Part shown: in pieces, positions 20,282 through 30,406 of the stretch
How the letters are laid out: each line of letters opens with the position of its first letter
Position numbering within the stretch: position 1 is the stretch's first letter
Assembly (NCBI GenBank): GCA_963664405.1
Contig: OY761158.1
Span: 2,176,001-2,240,000, forward strand
Length of the DNA stretch: 64,000 bases
Direction of reading: 5' to 3'
Source: Thermoanaerobaculia bacterium
GTDB lineage: Bacteria; Acidobacteriota; Thermoanaerobaculia; Multivoradales; Multivoraceae
Notes under the pieces: generated by a model
What the model was told of the DNA's origin: nothing
Databases searched by the model: none
Seen by the model: only the letters and a program-made list of their open reading frames with translations
Position numbers and translations under genes: made by a program

Positions 20282-21481
20282 ATGCGAGCCACCCAAACGG
20301 ATCACACGAGTCTCTCGATGGATCGGCGCCGCTTCCTAGAGGGAGCCATGGTCACGGCCGGAGCTTGCCTGGGAGTGGGCTCGGCGCGGGGGGCGAAAGG
20401 CGCTGACATCGTGTCGCCCTCCGCCTTCGCCCACATGGCGGTGAATGCCGTCGACCTGAGCGAGGCACTGACCTTCTACGAGACCCTCCTTCGTTGCCGT
20501 CCTCACCACGTCGTTCGTCAAGGCGCTCGTGGAGGCGCCTGGTGCTCCTACGACACCGAGCATCACCGCATCTCGATCTTCGGGCGAGGTGGTCAGCCGG
20601 TGCCGGAAGACGGCCTCCTCGGCTGGGATCGCTTCACCTTCAGCTACGATTCGCTCACCGAGCTCGGCGCCAACTATCACGCTCTGAAACTCGGCGGAAT
20701 CGAGCCACGCGCAGCCAGACGCTACGGCGACAGCGTGTCACTCCTCTATGCCGACCCGAGCGGCAATCGCATCGAGATGCTCCTCGACCGCTTCGATCGA
20801 ATCGAAGATCTCGAGCCCTATCTGGGGGAGGCGGCAGGCTCGGAGAAATCCGCCGACTTCGATCCGCGCAGTCTGCCGGCTCCAGGCAATGCGGCGTCTG
20901 CACGGAAAGTAACCGTCGCGCCCTCCGAGCTCGTCCACACCGTCATCCGCACCAAGCAGCTGGAGCCGATGGTCGACTGGTACGTCAAGGTGCTGGGCTG
21001 TGAGGTTGCCGAGCGCAGCGAGAAGCTGGCCCTGCTGCGCTTCGATCACCGCCTTCTTCGCATCTTGCTCGTCCTGGATAGGACGCGGGAGCGCGGCCCC
21101 GAGGACCAGGGCTTCCACCACTTCGCCTTCGAGTACCGCACCATGGGCGAGCTCGCCGTCGATACCTACGCCAGGCTCAAAGAGAGCGGCGTCCGACCCC
21201 CCTACTGGTGCACCAACCACGGCATGACCAACTCGATCTACTACGCCGATCCCGATGGCAACAGAGTCGAGACACAGGTCGACAACTACCCCACCAAGGC
21301 GGAGGGGCTGGCCTACATCCGGGGCCCCGACTTCGCGCGCAACGTCACCGGCATCGACTTCGACCCCGACGAGATGGTCGCCAAGGTACGCGGCGGCGCG
21401 TCCTACGAAGAGATGCACCGTCGTATCGAAGCCCCACGCAAGAACCCGACGCCGCGTCCCCAAAAGGGCGTGCACTTCTAG
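20282..21481 (+). CDS. Tandem VOC/glyoxalase-domain protein with Tat-like signal
   Basis: DRRRFL twin-arginine motif; two related VOC halves (EHHRI, YADPSGNRIE / HHFAF, NHG, YADPDGNRVE). Confidence 0.8.
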   Translation: MRATQTDHTSLSMDRRRFLEGAMVTAGACLGVGSARGAKGADIVSPSAFAHMAVNAVDLSEALTFYETLLRCRPHHVVRQGARGGAWCSYDTEHHRISIFGRGGQPVPEDGLLGWDRFTFSYDSLTELGANYHALKLGGIEPRAARRYGDSVSLLYADPSGNRIEMLLDRFDRIEDLEPYLGEAAGSEKSADFDPRSLPAPGNAASARKVTVAPSELVHTVIRTKQLEPMVDWYVKVLGCEVAERSEKLALLRFDHRLLRILLVLDRTRERGPEDQGFHHFAFEYRTMGELAVDTYARLKESGVRPPYWCTNHGMTNSIYYADPDGNRVETQVDNYPTKAEGLAYIRGPDFARNVTGIDFDPDEMVAKVRGGASYEEMHRRIEAPRKNPTPRPQKGVHF

Positions 21482-22947
21482 TTACCGGGCGTCTCGCCGC
21501 CACGCGCATCCGGCGCGTCGTACTTCGGTAACCTGGTGATGAGCTCGGCCTTGATGTCCGCCATCCCGGGGTCGTCTGCCCGATTCACCCACTCGTTGGG
21601 ATCGGACTCGAGCTCGTAGAGCTCTTCGGTGCCATCGACGTAGCGGATGTAGCGGTAGTGACCGTACGTCACCGCGTGATTGCGATAACCGTTGGTCGTC
21701 AGGACGGATCGATCCCAATCGGCGTCGGGGTCCTTCAATAGTGGCACGAGACTCACACCCTCGATGTGATCCGGCGTCTCGAGCCCGGCCAGCTCGGTCA
21801 GGGTCGGGTAGATGTCCATCAGTGAAACGGTGGCCGCGGAACGCGTCCCCGCCTCGGTCACGCCAGGCGCGACGACGATGATCGGCACACGGGTCGACTC
21901 GTTCCAGAGGGTCTGTTTTCGCCAGCGCGACTTCTCGCCGAGATGAAATCCATGGTCGGACCACAAGACGATGATGGTGTTTTCCGCGCGACCACTTTCC
22001 TCGAGTGCGTCGAGCACGCGTCCCAGCATGGCATCGGCGAAGCTGACGCTGGCCAGGTACGCGCGCACGCCTTCCCGCCAGACACCGGCCTCGAGTACCC
22101 ACCGATGGAGCTCCATGCGCAACGACGCGCTGGCGGAAGCCTGTTTCATGGTTTCCGGGATGTCGTCCAGATCGCTCTCCAGGACGCTGGGCAGCTCGAT
22201 GTCCTCCAGCGGGTACATGTCGAAGTATTTCTGGGGCAGATACCAGGGAAGATGGGGACGGTAGATGCCCACGGCATGAAAGCGCGGGCCCGCGCCCGGA
22301 GCGAGGATCTGTTCAACAGACCAGGCGGTTACCTGGCCGTCGCCCATGGCCCGGTCATCGGCGACGACACTGGACCAGTCGAAGATCGGGGTGACGGGGT
22401 TAGCGTTGGCCGGTCGGTCGTGGGGCCCGACCTCGTCGGGAAGCTGCCGTTCAAGTGAAGGGTAGTAGGCGTCCCACGCCGTGGTGTCGTTGTAGCCGAA
22501 ATAGGCCCGGGCGGTGAAGGTCGAGCCGTGAAAGAGCTTCCCCGCGCCGACGGTCACATAACCGGCATCCTGAAAGTGCCCCGGGATGGTCCGAATGTCC
22601 TGAAACGTTTGCTGAATCCGCCAGTCGGGCAGGTTCTGATAGATGCCCGAGGTCGAGGGCAGCAGGCCGGTCATCATGGCCGTTCGCGATGGGTTGCAGA
22701 GGACGCCGGGCGAGCGGGCGTTGGTGAATACCATCCCCCGTTGCGCGAGCCGATCCATGTTCGGCGTCTTGACTTGGGTATTGCCGCCCAGGGGGCCGAC
22801 CCAGTCGTTCAGGTCGTCGATCGAGATAAACAGGACGTCGGGGCGCTCGCCTGCGTCTGTTTGTGCGAGAACGGATCCCGGCAGCGCGGTCAGTACCGTC
22901 GCGAGAACAATTCCGAGCACTCTGATCGCGCGTAATCCAGCATTCAT
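21478..22947 (-). CDS. Sulfatase (iduronate-2-sulfatase-like, Cys-type)
   Basis: IDDLNDW, CNPSR, GKLFH, RPHLP, SDHG motifs. Confidence 0.92.
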   Translation of the reverse strand: MNAGLRAIRVLGIVLATVLTALPGSVLAQTDAGERPDVLFISIDDLNDWVGPLGGNTQVKTPNMDRLAQRGMVFTNARSPGVLCNPSRTAMMTGLLPSTSGIYQNLPDWRIQQTFQDIRTIPGHFQDAGYVTVGAGKLFHGSTFTARAYFGYNDTTAWDAYYPSLERQLPDEVGPHDRPANANPVTPIFDWSSVVADDRAMGDGQVTAWSVEQILAPGAGPRFHAVGIYRPHLPWYLPQKYFDMYPLEDIELPSVLESDLDDIPETMKQASASASLRMELHRWVLEAGVWREGVRAYLASVSFADAMLGRVLDALEESGRAENTIIVLWSDHGFHLGEKSRWRKQTLWNESTRVPIIVVAPGVTEAGTRSAATVSLMDIYPTLTELAGLETPDHIEGVSLVPLLKDPDADWDRSVLTTNGYRNHAVTYGHYRYIRYVDGTEELYELESDPNEWVNRADDPGMADIKAELITRLPKYDAPDARGGETPGN

Positions 22948-23125
22948 TGGTTAGGATTCTCCGATTGGGAACGTCGAGTTCGGGCAGCTTAGCGACCTTC
23001 AAAAAGCAATAGTGACATGGACGACCCGCTATGGCCACGACCAGCTTCAGTGAGGCCGGGTTCAGGAGCCCTGAGGATGGCCGTCGCGTCTACCGCGTAG
23101 GGGCCTCCTGGCCCACACGGCCGAA

Positions 23126-23155
23126 TTGACAGGAGAGAGAGGTCTGCCGTAAAGT
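23126..23155 (+). promoter_or_regulatory. Putative sigma70 promoter of the TonB receptor/sulfatase operon
   Basis: TTGACA-18 nt-TAAAGT, ~50 bp upstream of ATG 23208. Confidence 0.5.
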
Positions 23156-23207
23156 AAAATGCCGTCGCAAATAACCTCAGAGTCCGCTTACGAGCCGGAG
23201 GTGTTCC

Positions 23208-25910
23208 ATGACGATGCGCAAATGTCTGTTGGCCACATTGACAGTCCTGCTCTCGGCCTTACCCGGGTTGGCCGACGGCCCGCAGACGGGGACCCTCGAC
23301 GGCCGTGTGCTCGACGCTCAGAGCCAACCGCTGCCGGGGGTGACTGTGACCCTCTCCGGTTCCCGCGGCGAGAAGACCCTGGTCACCGGCGACGACGGCG
23401 TCTTCCGGTTCGGCCTGCTCGAGGCGGGAGAGTACACAGTGAAGGCCGCTCTCGAGGGGCTGGGCCAAAGTGAGATCACTGCGCGCCTCGAGACCGGCGC
23501 CCGACGCACCCTGGTCCTGGATCTGGGCGCCGCCACCGAGGAGACGATCACCGTCACCGCCGAGGGGGCTCTCGTCGACCGCTACGTCGTCGGCAACTCC
23601 GCCAGCCTCGAGACGGAGGTGGCGGAGAACTTGAGCTTCGGTGGGCGCCAATATCAATCTTCCTTCAACACACTGCCTGGCGTCACGCACTCCGCCAGGT
23701 CGCGGAGGCAGAGCGACCAGAAGATGGCGGTCAACGGCGGCCAGGACACCGAGGTGGCAGGCATGATCGACGGCATCGACTCGAGCTTCTCCCGCTTGAG
23801 CGGCAGCGCGCGCACGTTCCTGCCCACCACCTCCCTTCAGGAGGTGCAGCTGGTAAGCGCCGGTTTCTCGACCGAGTACGGGCGGGTGGTCGGTGGGGTC
23901 ACCAACGCGGTGGTCAAGAGCGGCACCAACACTTTCCACGGCCAGTTTCTCTACATCCCCCAGAGCGAGAAGTGGCGGGCCGCCGACAAGAATATCGACA
24001 TCCCCCGCTCGGACTCGATCATCTCGAGCTTCGAGGCCAACCTCGGCGGACCCATCGTCAGCGACAAGGCATGGTTCTTCGCCGCTTACGCCGAGCTGGA
24101 CCAGAATCGCGTCGACAAGATCGCCGCGACCGGCACCCCTTTAGCCGCCGGCCGCACCAACGAGCCGGCGCTCCTCAAGCTCAACTTCCAGCCCAACGAC
24201 CGCAACCAGCTGAGGCTGCTGGGAATCGATAGCCCGACCAGGGTGCTCGCGATCCCCCCCATCTCCGGCGACGAGTTTGCCCCAATCCCCATCGAGCTCC
24301 CCGCCGACATGGCGACGGCGAGCTGGGCCTATGTCGTCAGCCCGTCGGCGTTCTTCGAGCTGCGCGTCGCCGACCAGAATAACAACTCGTACACACTGCC
24401 GCCCGCGGGCCACCCGATCGACCCCAACGCCAGCCCGGACGATCCCCTCGGAAACAACTTCCAATATATTGACCTTAGCCCGTTCCTCATCTACAACTCC
24501 TTCATCGGGGGAGCGAATTTCATAGAGCTTCCGCGGCAACAAGGTAACGCCTCGATGAGCCTGTTCCGTGGCAGTAACGAGATCAAGTTCGGCATCGACT
24601 ACCAGGACATCGAGCAGACGAACTTCAATAACACCGGCCAGCGCTTCAGAGGAAGAGGCTTCAACAACGCTCTACCCGGCGGCTTCGCGACGCCGCTCTT
24701 CAAGGACGTCTACGACCCGGCGACCCCGCGCACGAGCACCGCCGAGGTAGCCTCCGCTTACGCCCAGGACCGCCTCGATGTCGGCGGCGACCGTTGGAGC
24801 GTACATTTCGGCCTGCGTCTCGACAGCCAGACGGCCGACAACGACGCCGGTGAGGAAGCCGCCTCGTGGACCAAGGTCGCGCCCCGCTTCGGTGCGGTCT
24901 ACGACCTCAAGGGCGACGGCCACCTGCTGCTCAAGGCCTCGGCTGGGCGCTACTACCAGATCTTCCCCCAGGTCCTGATCGAGGAGTTCGCCCGCCAGCC
25001 CACCGGCCTCAATATCTTCAACCGATTCGGGTGGAATCCCGCGAGCCAGCGCTACGACATCTTCCAGCGTCGTTCGGTTTCCCTTGGGGACAATGCGATC
25101 CAGGAGATCGATCCCTACTTTAAGGACGAGGTCACGTTCGGTACGCAGTGGCAGTTCTCGGACGCCTGGGTGTTCGAGGCGCAGGCGATCTGGTGGGAGC
25201 TCTCCGATCTCCTCTGGGCCTCCGACCAGTTCGACGCGGCCGGCGCGGTCTATCGCGACGTGCGCAACTGGGACGCCGGCTTCCGTGACTACATCGGGCT
25301 GCGTCTCGAGATGAACCGCGCCTTTCGCCGCGGCTGGACCCTGCGCACCAACTACACCCTGAGCAAGAACGAGGGCAACAACTTCGGCGCCACGGACAAC
25401 AGCTTCCTCTTCAACGACGACCTCTTCGAGGGTCTGGGGGGGATCGAGGTCGGCACCGGCGCTACCAACGCCACCTCGGTCAACCGCGATGGGCGCGGCT
25501 TTCTCGATCGCACCCACAACCTGAACGTCGTCGCGCTCAAGCAGTTCACAGTTGGGGAGCAGGTCTTCGGAATCGGGGGGCACCTGGCCTTCCGCAGCGG
25601 CGAGCCTTGGGGCCAGCGTCAATCGACCTTCGTTGCGCACCCGCAGTCGGGACAGTCGATCCGCACCACCTCCTACCGTGAGCCACGCGACGCCAACGAG
25701 CTAGAGGACACCCTCGAGCTGAGCTTGACCGGCTCCTGGAACTTCCCGATCACAGGGCGCGTCCAGGGCCGCCTGGCGATCGAGGCTGTGAACCTCAACA
25801 ACGATCAGGAGCTGGTCGCCATCAACCGGGCGAACGGCCGGCCGATAGCGGGCGTCACGGCCTACCAGATGCCGAGGGAGATCAGGGGGCAGATCGGCAT
25901 CAAGTTCTAG
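23208..25910 (+). CDS. TonB-dependent receptor with N-terminal carboxypeptidase-regulatory-like domain (Oar type)
   Basis: Signal peptide, LPGVTVT, AGFSTEYGR..GGVTNAVVKSGTN plug, terminal Phe. Confidence 0.92.
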   Translation: MTMRKCLLATLTVLLSALPGLADGPQTGTLDGRVLDAQSQPLPGVTVTLSGSRGEKTLVTGDDGVFRFGLLEAGEYTVKAALEGLGQSEITARLETGARRTLVLDLGAATEETITVTAEGALVDRYVVGNSASLETEVAENLSFGGRQYQSSFNTLPGVTHSARSRRQSDQKMAVNGGQDTEVAGMIDGIDSSFSRLSGSARTFLPTTSLQEVQLVSAGFSTEYGRVVGGVTNAVVKSGTNTFHGQFLYIPQSEKWRAADKNIDIPRSDSIISSFEANLGGPIVSDKAWFFAAYAELDQNRVDKIAATGTPLAAGRTNEPALLKLNFQPNDRNQLRLLGIDSPTRVLAIPPISGDEFAPIPIELPADMATASWAYVVSPSAFFELRVADQNNNSYTLPPAGHPIDPNASPDDPLGNNFQYIDLSPFLIYNSFIGGANFIELPRQQGNASMSLFRGSNEIKFGIDYQDIEQTNFNNTGQRFRGRGFNNALPGGFATPLFKDVYDPATPRTSTAEVASAYAQDRLDVGGDRWSVHFGLRLDSQTADNDAGEEAASWTKVAPRFGAVYDLKGDGHLLLKASAGRYYQIFPQVLIEEFARQPTGLNIFNRFGWNPASQRYDIFQRRSVSLGDNAIQEIDPYFKDEVTFGTQWQFSDAWVFEAQAIWWELSDLLWASDQFDAAGAVYRDVRNWDAGFRDYIGLRLEMNRAFRRGWTLRTNYTLSKNEGNNFGATDNSFLFNDDLFEGLGGIEVGTGATNATSVNRDGRGFLDRTHNLNVVALKQFTVGEQVFGIGGHLAFRSGEPWGQRQSTFVAHPQSGQSIRTTSYREPRDANELEDTLELSLTGSWNFPITGRVQGRLAIEAVNLNNDQELVAINRANGRPIAGVTAYQMPREIRGQIGIKF

Positions 25911-25911
25911 A

Positions 25912-27531
25912 ATGTCCGGCGCCGTAACTCGACGCGATCTGCTCCGCAATCTCGGCCTAGTAGCCGGGACGGGCTTGTTGACCACTCGTTGTAGCCGTCG
26001 TGATGCCGGTTCGCCCGGCGAGCGGCCCAACATCGTCATGATCATGTCCGACGACATGGGTTACTCCGACCTGGGCTGTTACGGAGGCGAAATCCGCACC
26101 CCGCACCTGGACCGGTTGGGTTTCGGTGGGATGCGCTTCACACGCTTCTACACAAACAACGTGTGCTCGCCGACGCGAGCGGCCCTGATGACGGGGATTC
26201 AAAGCGACCTCTCGCTCGAATTGGGAGAAGGGCCGGGGCTGCAACAGGCGCACATCACCCACCGTGCACCGACCCTTGCCGAGGCGCTCCAAGGCGCCGG
26301 TTACGGAACGTACATGAGCGGCAAATGGCATTTGGCCTCGGACACGGACGATTTCGCGAACCTTCCTTGTCAACGAGGCTTCGATCGATTCTATGGCGGC
26401 ATTATCGGGGCCTATAGCTACTTTGCGCCCTACTCGTTGATGCGAGACAACCAAACTTGTCCCGAGGAGTATGAAGATCCCGCCTACTATTTCACTGACG
26501 CGATATCCGACAATGCTGTCGACTTCCTGGAAGAGGCAGATAACAAGGACGAACCCTTCTTTCTCTACGTGGCTTATAACGCCGCCCACTGGCCGCTTCA
26601 TGCCCGCGAGAGCGACGTCGCGAAATACAGGGGGAACTATGCGCTCGGCTGGGACGAGCTTCGCGATCAGCGACACGCCCGAATGAAGAAGTTGGGAGTC
26701 ATCGATCCGGATTGGCAGCTCTCCCCAAGGAACCCTAACGTGCCGGCGTGGGAAGATGAGCCGCACAAAGATTGGCAGCAACGGCGCATGGAAGTCTATG
26801 CCGCCCAAGTCGAGGTCATGGACGAAGGGATCGGACGCATCCTCGCGGAGCTCGAGCGTCAGGGCAAGCTCGACAATACCCTCGTCTGCTTCCAGCACGA
26901 CAATGGCGGCTGCCACGTCGAATACACGACCGATCACCCACATGAGCAATTCCAGTTCGAGGGGACACGTGACGGCCGTCCGCTCCGCGCCGGAAATGAT
27001 CCGGGGATTCTGCCCGGGCCCGAAGACACGTTTCAGAGCTACGGCTACGGCTGGGCGAACGCGTCCAACACGCCCTTTCGACTCTACAAGAGCCACGACC
27101 ACGAGGGCGGGATCTGTGTTCCCTTGATTGCTCACTGGCCAGGGGTCATCAAGCCCGGCGCGATCGACGACCAAATAGCCCATGTCACGGACCTGATGCC
27201 GACGTTTCTTGAAGTTGCCCGCGCTGAGCGTCCGCCTGCTGCAGGGGACGAGCCGCCCATGCCCATGGATGGCCGTAGCCTAGCCCCCGTGTTGCGGGGG
27301 CACAGACGCGAGCCGCCCGCGGCACTTTTCTGGCAAGGGCTCGCGAGCGGCAGCCGCGCCGTGCGCCAGGGCAAGTGGAAGCTCGTGGCGGTCCGTGATC
27401 AGCCGTGGGAGCTCTACGATGTCGAGGCCGATGGGACGGAGCTGAGCGACCTCGCGCCCCAGATGAGCGGAAAAGTCGCGGAACTGGCAGCCCTGTGGGA
27501 CGAGTGGGCTTCGCGTAGAGACCGCTCCTAG
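25912..27531 (+). CDS. Arylsulfatase (Tat-exported, Cys-type)
   Basis: TRRDLL Tat motif, DDMGYSD, CSPTR, GKWHL, HWPLHA. Confidence 0.92.
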   Translation: MSGAVTRRDLLRNLGLVAGTGLLTTRCSRRDAGSPGERPNIVMIMSDDMGYSDLGCYGGEIRTPHLDRLGFGGMRFTRFYTNNVCSPTRAALMTGIQSDLSLELGEGPGLQQAHITHRAPTLAEALQGAGYGTYMSGKWHLASDTDDFANLPCQRGFDRFYGGIIGAYSYFAPYSLMRDNQTCPEEYEDPAYYFTDAISDNAVDFLEEADNKDEPFFLYVAYNAAHWPLHARESDVAKYRGNYALGWDELRDQRHARMKKLGVIDPDWQLSPRNPNVPAWEDEPHKDWQQRRMEVYAAQVEVMDEGIGRILAELERQGKLDNTLVCFQHDNGGCHVEYTTDHPHEQFQFEGTRDGRPLRAGNDPGILPGPEDTFQSYGYGWANASNTPFRLYKSHDHEGGICVPLIAHWPGVIKPGAIDDQIAHVTDLMPTFLEVARAERPPAAGDEPPMPMDGRSLAPVLRGHRREPPAALFWQGLASGSRAVRQGKWKLVAVRDQPWELYDVEADGTELSDLAPQMSGKVAELAALWDEWASRRDRS

Positions 27532-27578
27532 CTCAGTGCGCCTCCCATTGGATTCACGTCATTTCACCGGAGAAGGCT

Positions 27579-28730
27579 ATGCAACGCATTACAAAACTAA
27601 CTTTGGCTCTCTCGACGGTTGTAGCTCTCGCGAGCTCCGCTCTTATCCAGGCCCAGCCGATCTCCTCGGCTGAGCCATTCAAGGTCGGGACCTTCGAGAT
27701 CGGCGGCGCACCGACGGTAGGAATCGTCCTCAGGGACGCTCTGGTCGTTGACCTTGCGGTGGCGAACACGGCGCTCGAGATCGATCCGATGTACCCGCAC
27801 GTCAACGCGCCGGCAGACATGCTCGAGCTGATCGGGCAGTATGAGTACGGTCTGAAGTACCGGATTTACGAGATCGTCAACAACGTAGTGGGCAACGACC
27901 TGCTTGAAGCAGACTACGTCCACCGTGTCGACGACTTAGACATCCTTCCTCCGATTCTTTACCCCAGCAAGATCATGAACGCGGTCTTCAACTTCTACAC
28001 GCACGCGTGTGAAGGCTGCACCGAGGAGGAGCTGGCGGCGAACACCCGGGAGCGACAGGAGAATCGCGGTGTGCCGTACCTGTTCCTCAAGCCTACGCGC
28101 GGCGCCGTCATCGGCAGCGGCGATGAAATCGTGATGCCCTACGGCCGGGACCGGATCGAATGGGAAGTGGAGATGGCTGTCGTATTCGGCCGCGCCGGGA
28201 AGTACATCTCTGCGAGCCGCGCGTATGACCATGTGTTCGGCTACACCGTCGCCATTGATGTATCCGACCGTGGCGGGCGTCCTCCGGGCGGTGTCCCCTT
28301 CGTGTTGGACTGGTTTGTCGGTAAGGGCCATGACACTTTCGCGCCCCAGGGGCCGTGGATCGTTCCAAAGGAGTTCTACGGAGATCCCATGGAGCGCTTG
28401 CACCAGAGTCTGGTCATCGACGGCGTGACCGTTCAGGAGGCCAAGGCAGGTGACATGATCCACAGCATCCCGGAGCTGATCGAGTACGCATCGTCGCTCA
28501 TCACGGTATTTCCCGGCGACATTCTGCAGAGCGGGACATCGGGCGGAACGGGCGCTGGCCGCGTTGAGCGCGCGACGGGCTCCGGGTACCTGAAGGCTGG
28601 CGAGACGATCGAGGCCACGATCGAGGGTATCGGAACGCTAAGACACACCGTCGTCGCTGAGGACGGCGTTCCGGACGATCTGTCCGGCGCACAGCTGCCT
28701 TCAGTTAGTTCGTATCGCCGGGACCAATGA
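27579..28730 (+). CDS. Fumarylacetoacetate hydrolase family protein, secreted
   Basis: EWEVE, GKGHDTFAP, PGDILQSGT motifs; signal peptide. Confidence 0.88.
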   Translation: MQRITKLTLALSTVVALASSALIQAQPISSAEPFKVGTFEIGGAPTVGIVLRDALVVDLAVANTALEIDPMYPHVNAPADMLELIGQYEYGLKYRIYEIVNNVVGNDLLEADYVHRVDDLDILPPILYPSKIMNAVFNFYTHACEGCTEEELAANTRERQENRGVPYLFLKPTRGAVIGSGDEIVMPYGRDRIEWEVEMAVVFGRAGKYISASRAYDHVFGYTVAIDVSDRGGRPPGGVPFVLDWFVGKGHDTFAPQGPWIVPKEFYGDPMERLHQSLVIDGVTVQEAKAGDMIHSIPELIEYASSLITVFPGDILQSGTSGGTGAGRVERATGSGYLKAGETIEATIEGIGTLRHTVVAEDGVPDDLSGAQLPSVSSYRRDQ

Positions 28731-28807
28731 TCGACGGCCGTTACGGCGCCGTGCGCTGGAGAAGCAGAAAGGTTGCAAGAGGTCTTGGGATTTCGAGACG
28801 GAACCTC

Positions 28808-28945
28808 CGGCTCGCCGCTCCAGTTGTCGAAGTCGGCCTCGTCGGTTGAACCGACCATCCGGCGATACTCGAGCGGAGGGAAGGGGAGCTCTGGCGGACG
28901 TCCGGCCAGAGCGACGACCAGCTTCTGCAGCCAGTGTCTACTCAT
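28808..28945 (-). pseudogene. N-terminal fragment of a probable class I SAM methyltransferase
   Basis: MSRHWL...PPLEYRRMVGSTDEADFDN, after which the frame loses resemblance. Confidence 0.4.
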
Positions 28946-29026
28946 GATCGCCCCCCACCCCCGGCGGTGGTTGGAGGCATTAGTATAGGGGCCTCGCCCG
29001 AACCCACGAATCACGGGAGAGTCAGA

Positions 29027-29968
29027 ATGAGCCACGCCTTCGACGTACCGATCCATCTCTGCGGGGCTCTACGATCACCGAAGCAGATGCTCGCCGACCA
29101 GGAGTACGGCGGCCATGCCTCGCTGCACGACGACCAAACGGCGGAGCAACTAGGCTTTCGTGCCGGTGCGATCGAAGGGCCGACCCACTTCAGCCAGTTC
29201 GAGCCGTTGCTTGCCGAGATCTGGGGCAAAGAGTGGTTCGAGAGCGGCTGCCTGAGCGCCCACTACCGCAATATGGTGATTGAAGGGGAGGAGGTGCGGG
29301 CATTCGTGGAGCGGCCGACCGAAGGTCAGATCCAGGTCCGGATCCGAGCGGAGAAGGCCGATGGCACGGAGGTTCTGGTCGGTACCGCCTCGATCGGCAG
29401 CGATCCACCACAGTCCGAGCTGGAGACCCGCCTCGCCAATCTTCGCCCACCTGGGCAGCTGGTGATCCTGCGTGATCTCGAGGTCGGCATGCGGTGGGCC
29501 GTGGTCGAAGAGGTGCGGATGGACTTCGACCAACATATGGGTAAGTTGTACCCCTTCTCGCTCAACCAGAAGCTGGAGAAGATCACCGAGCGATCGCCCT
29601 GGTTCACCGAGGAGGGTGGCGGCGGCTCGCCCTGGGGTCGAGCGATCATTCCGCTCGAGATGGTCAGTGTGCTGCTCTGCTATAGCGGCGGTCTTGCCTG
29701 CTTCCCCAGCCGCGGTCCGGCCGTCGATCTCATTGCAGGCCAGCAGATCCGGATGATCAAAGGTCCGCTCTTCGTCAGCGAGGACTACCTCGTCGATCGC
29801 GAGATCATCGCGCTGAGCGAGAGTCGGCGAACCGAGTCGACCTGGACCCGGGTGTCTGTCCGTGAGCCGGGGTCGAAGGATCTGGTGGCCGAGATGATCA
29901 TCGGCGGAGCCACTCTCAAGGACTCGTACGCCAACTACCAGCAGGAGTTGGCGGCGTTGACTCGATAG
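29027..29968 (+). CDS. Conserved hypothetical protein, probable double hotdog/MaoC-like fold
   Basis: SLHDD..AEQLGF..GAIEGPTH MaoC-like motif; SPWGRAIIP. Confidence 0.7.
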   Translation: MSHAFDVPIHLCGALRSPKQMLADQEYGGHASLHDDQTAEQLGFRAGAIEGPTHFSQFEPLLAEIWGKEWFESGCLSAHYRNMVIEGEEVRAFVERPTEGQIQVRIRAEKADGTEVLVGTASIGSDPPQSELETRLANLRPPGQLVILRDLEVGMRWAVVEEVRMDFDQHMGKLYPFSLNQKLEKITERSPWFTEEGGGGSPWGRAIIPLEMVSVLLCYSGGLACFPSRGPAVDLIAGQQIRMIKGPLFVSEDYLVDREIIALSESRRTESTWTRVSVREPGSKDLVAEMIIGGATLKDSYANYQQELAALTR

Positions 29969-30406
29969 TGGAGCCTGGGGCTGTCGCGCCCTCTCGGGCG
30001 CCTCTCGCGGTGTGACTTCGCGCTTTCCGCCGCTGGGCTAGCGGACGCGCTCCATGGCCCGCTTGAGGAGCTTGACCGCACGTCGCGTTTGTCGAGCCAG
30101 CAGATCTTGCCGAGAAAGGGATCGGAGGCGCTCGAAGAAGTCCGCCCGCCGGGTCGACCCGACTCTATCCTTCCGCCAAGGCCAGGGCGACCAGCTCCAC
30201 GCTCTCGGCGTCGGGATCGAGAGCCGTAGATCCGCGGGCATCGAGAGCTCGACCAGTGCGATACCATCAGTAGTGCTGAATAGAGAACACCATCCCCCGG
30301 CTCGAGGTCGAGGACGGCTTCCACATCTACGCCGATCCTCTTCCCGAAGGGCACGATCTGCGGTCGTTATCCGAACGTCCCTGGTCAAACCAATGAAGGA
30401 GAGACG

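Noticed and set aside
4020-25910. TonB or PQQ paralog pairs as diversity-generating retroelement template/variable repeats
   Set aside because: Differences are not confined to adenines, include indels, and no reverse transcriptase is present in the window
30038-30270. Minus-strand stretch as the missing C-terminus of the 28808-28945 fragment
   Set aside because: Order on the minus strand is wrong for one interrupted gene and the family cannot be recognised
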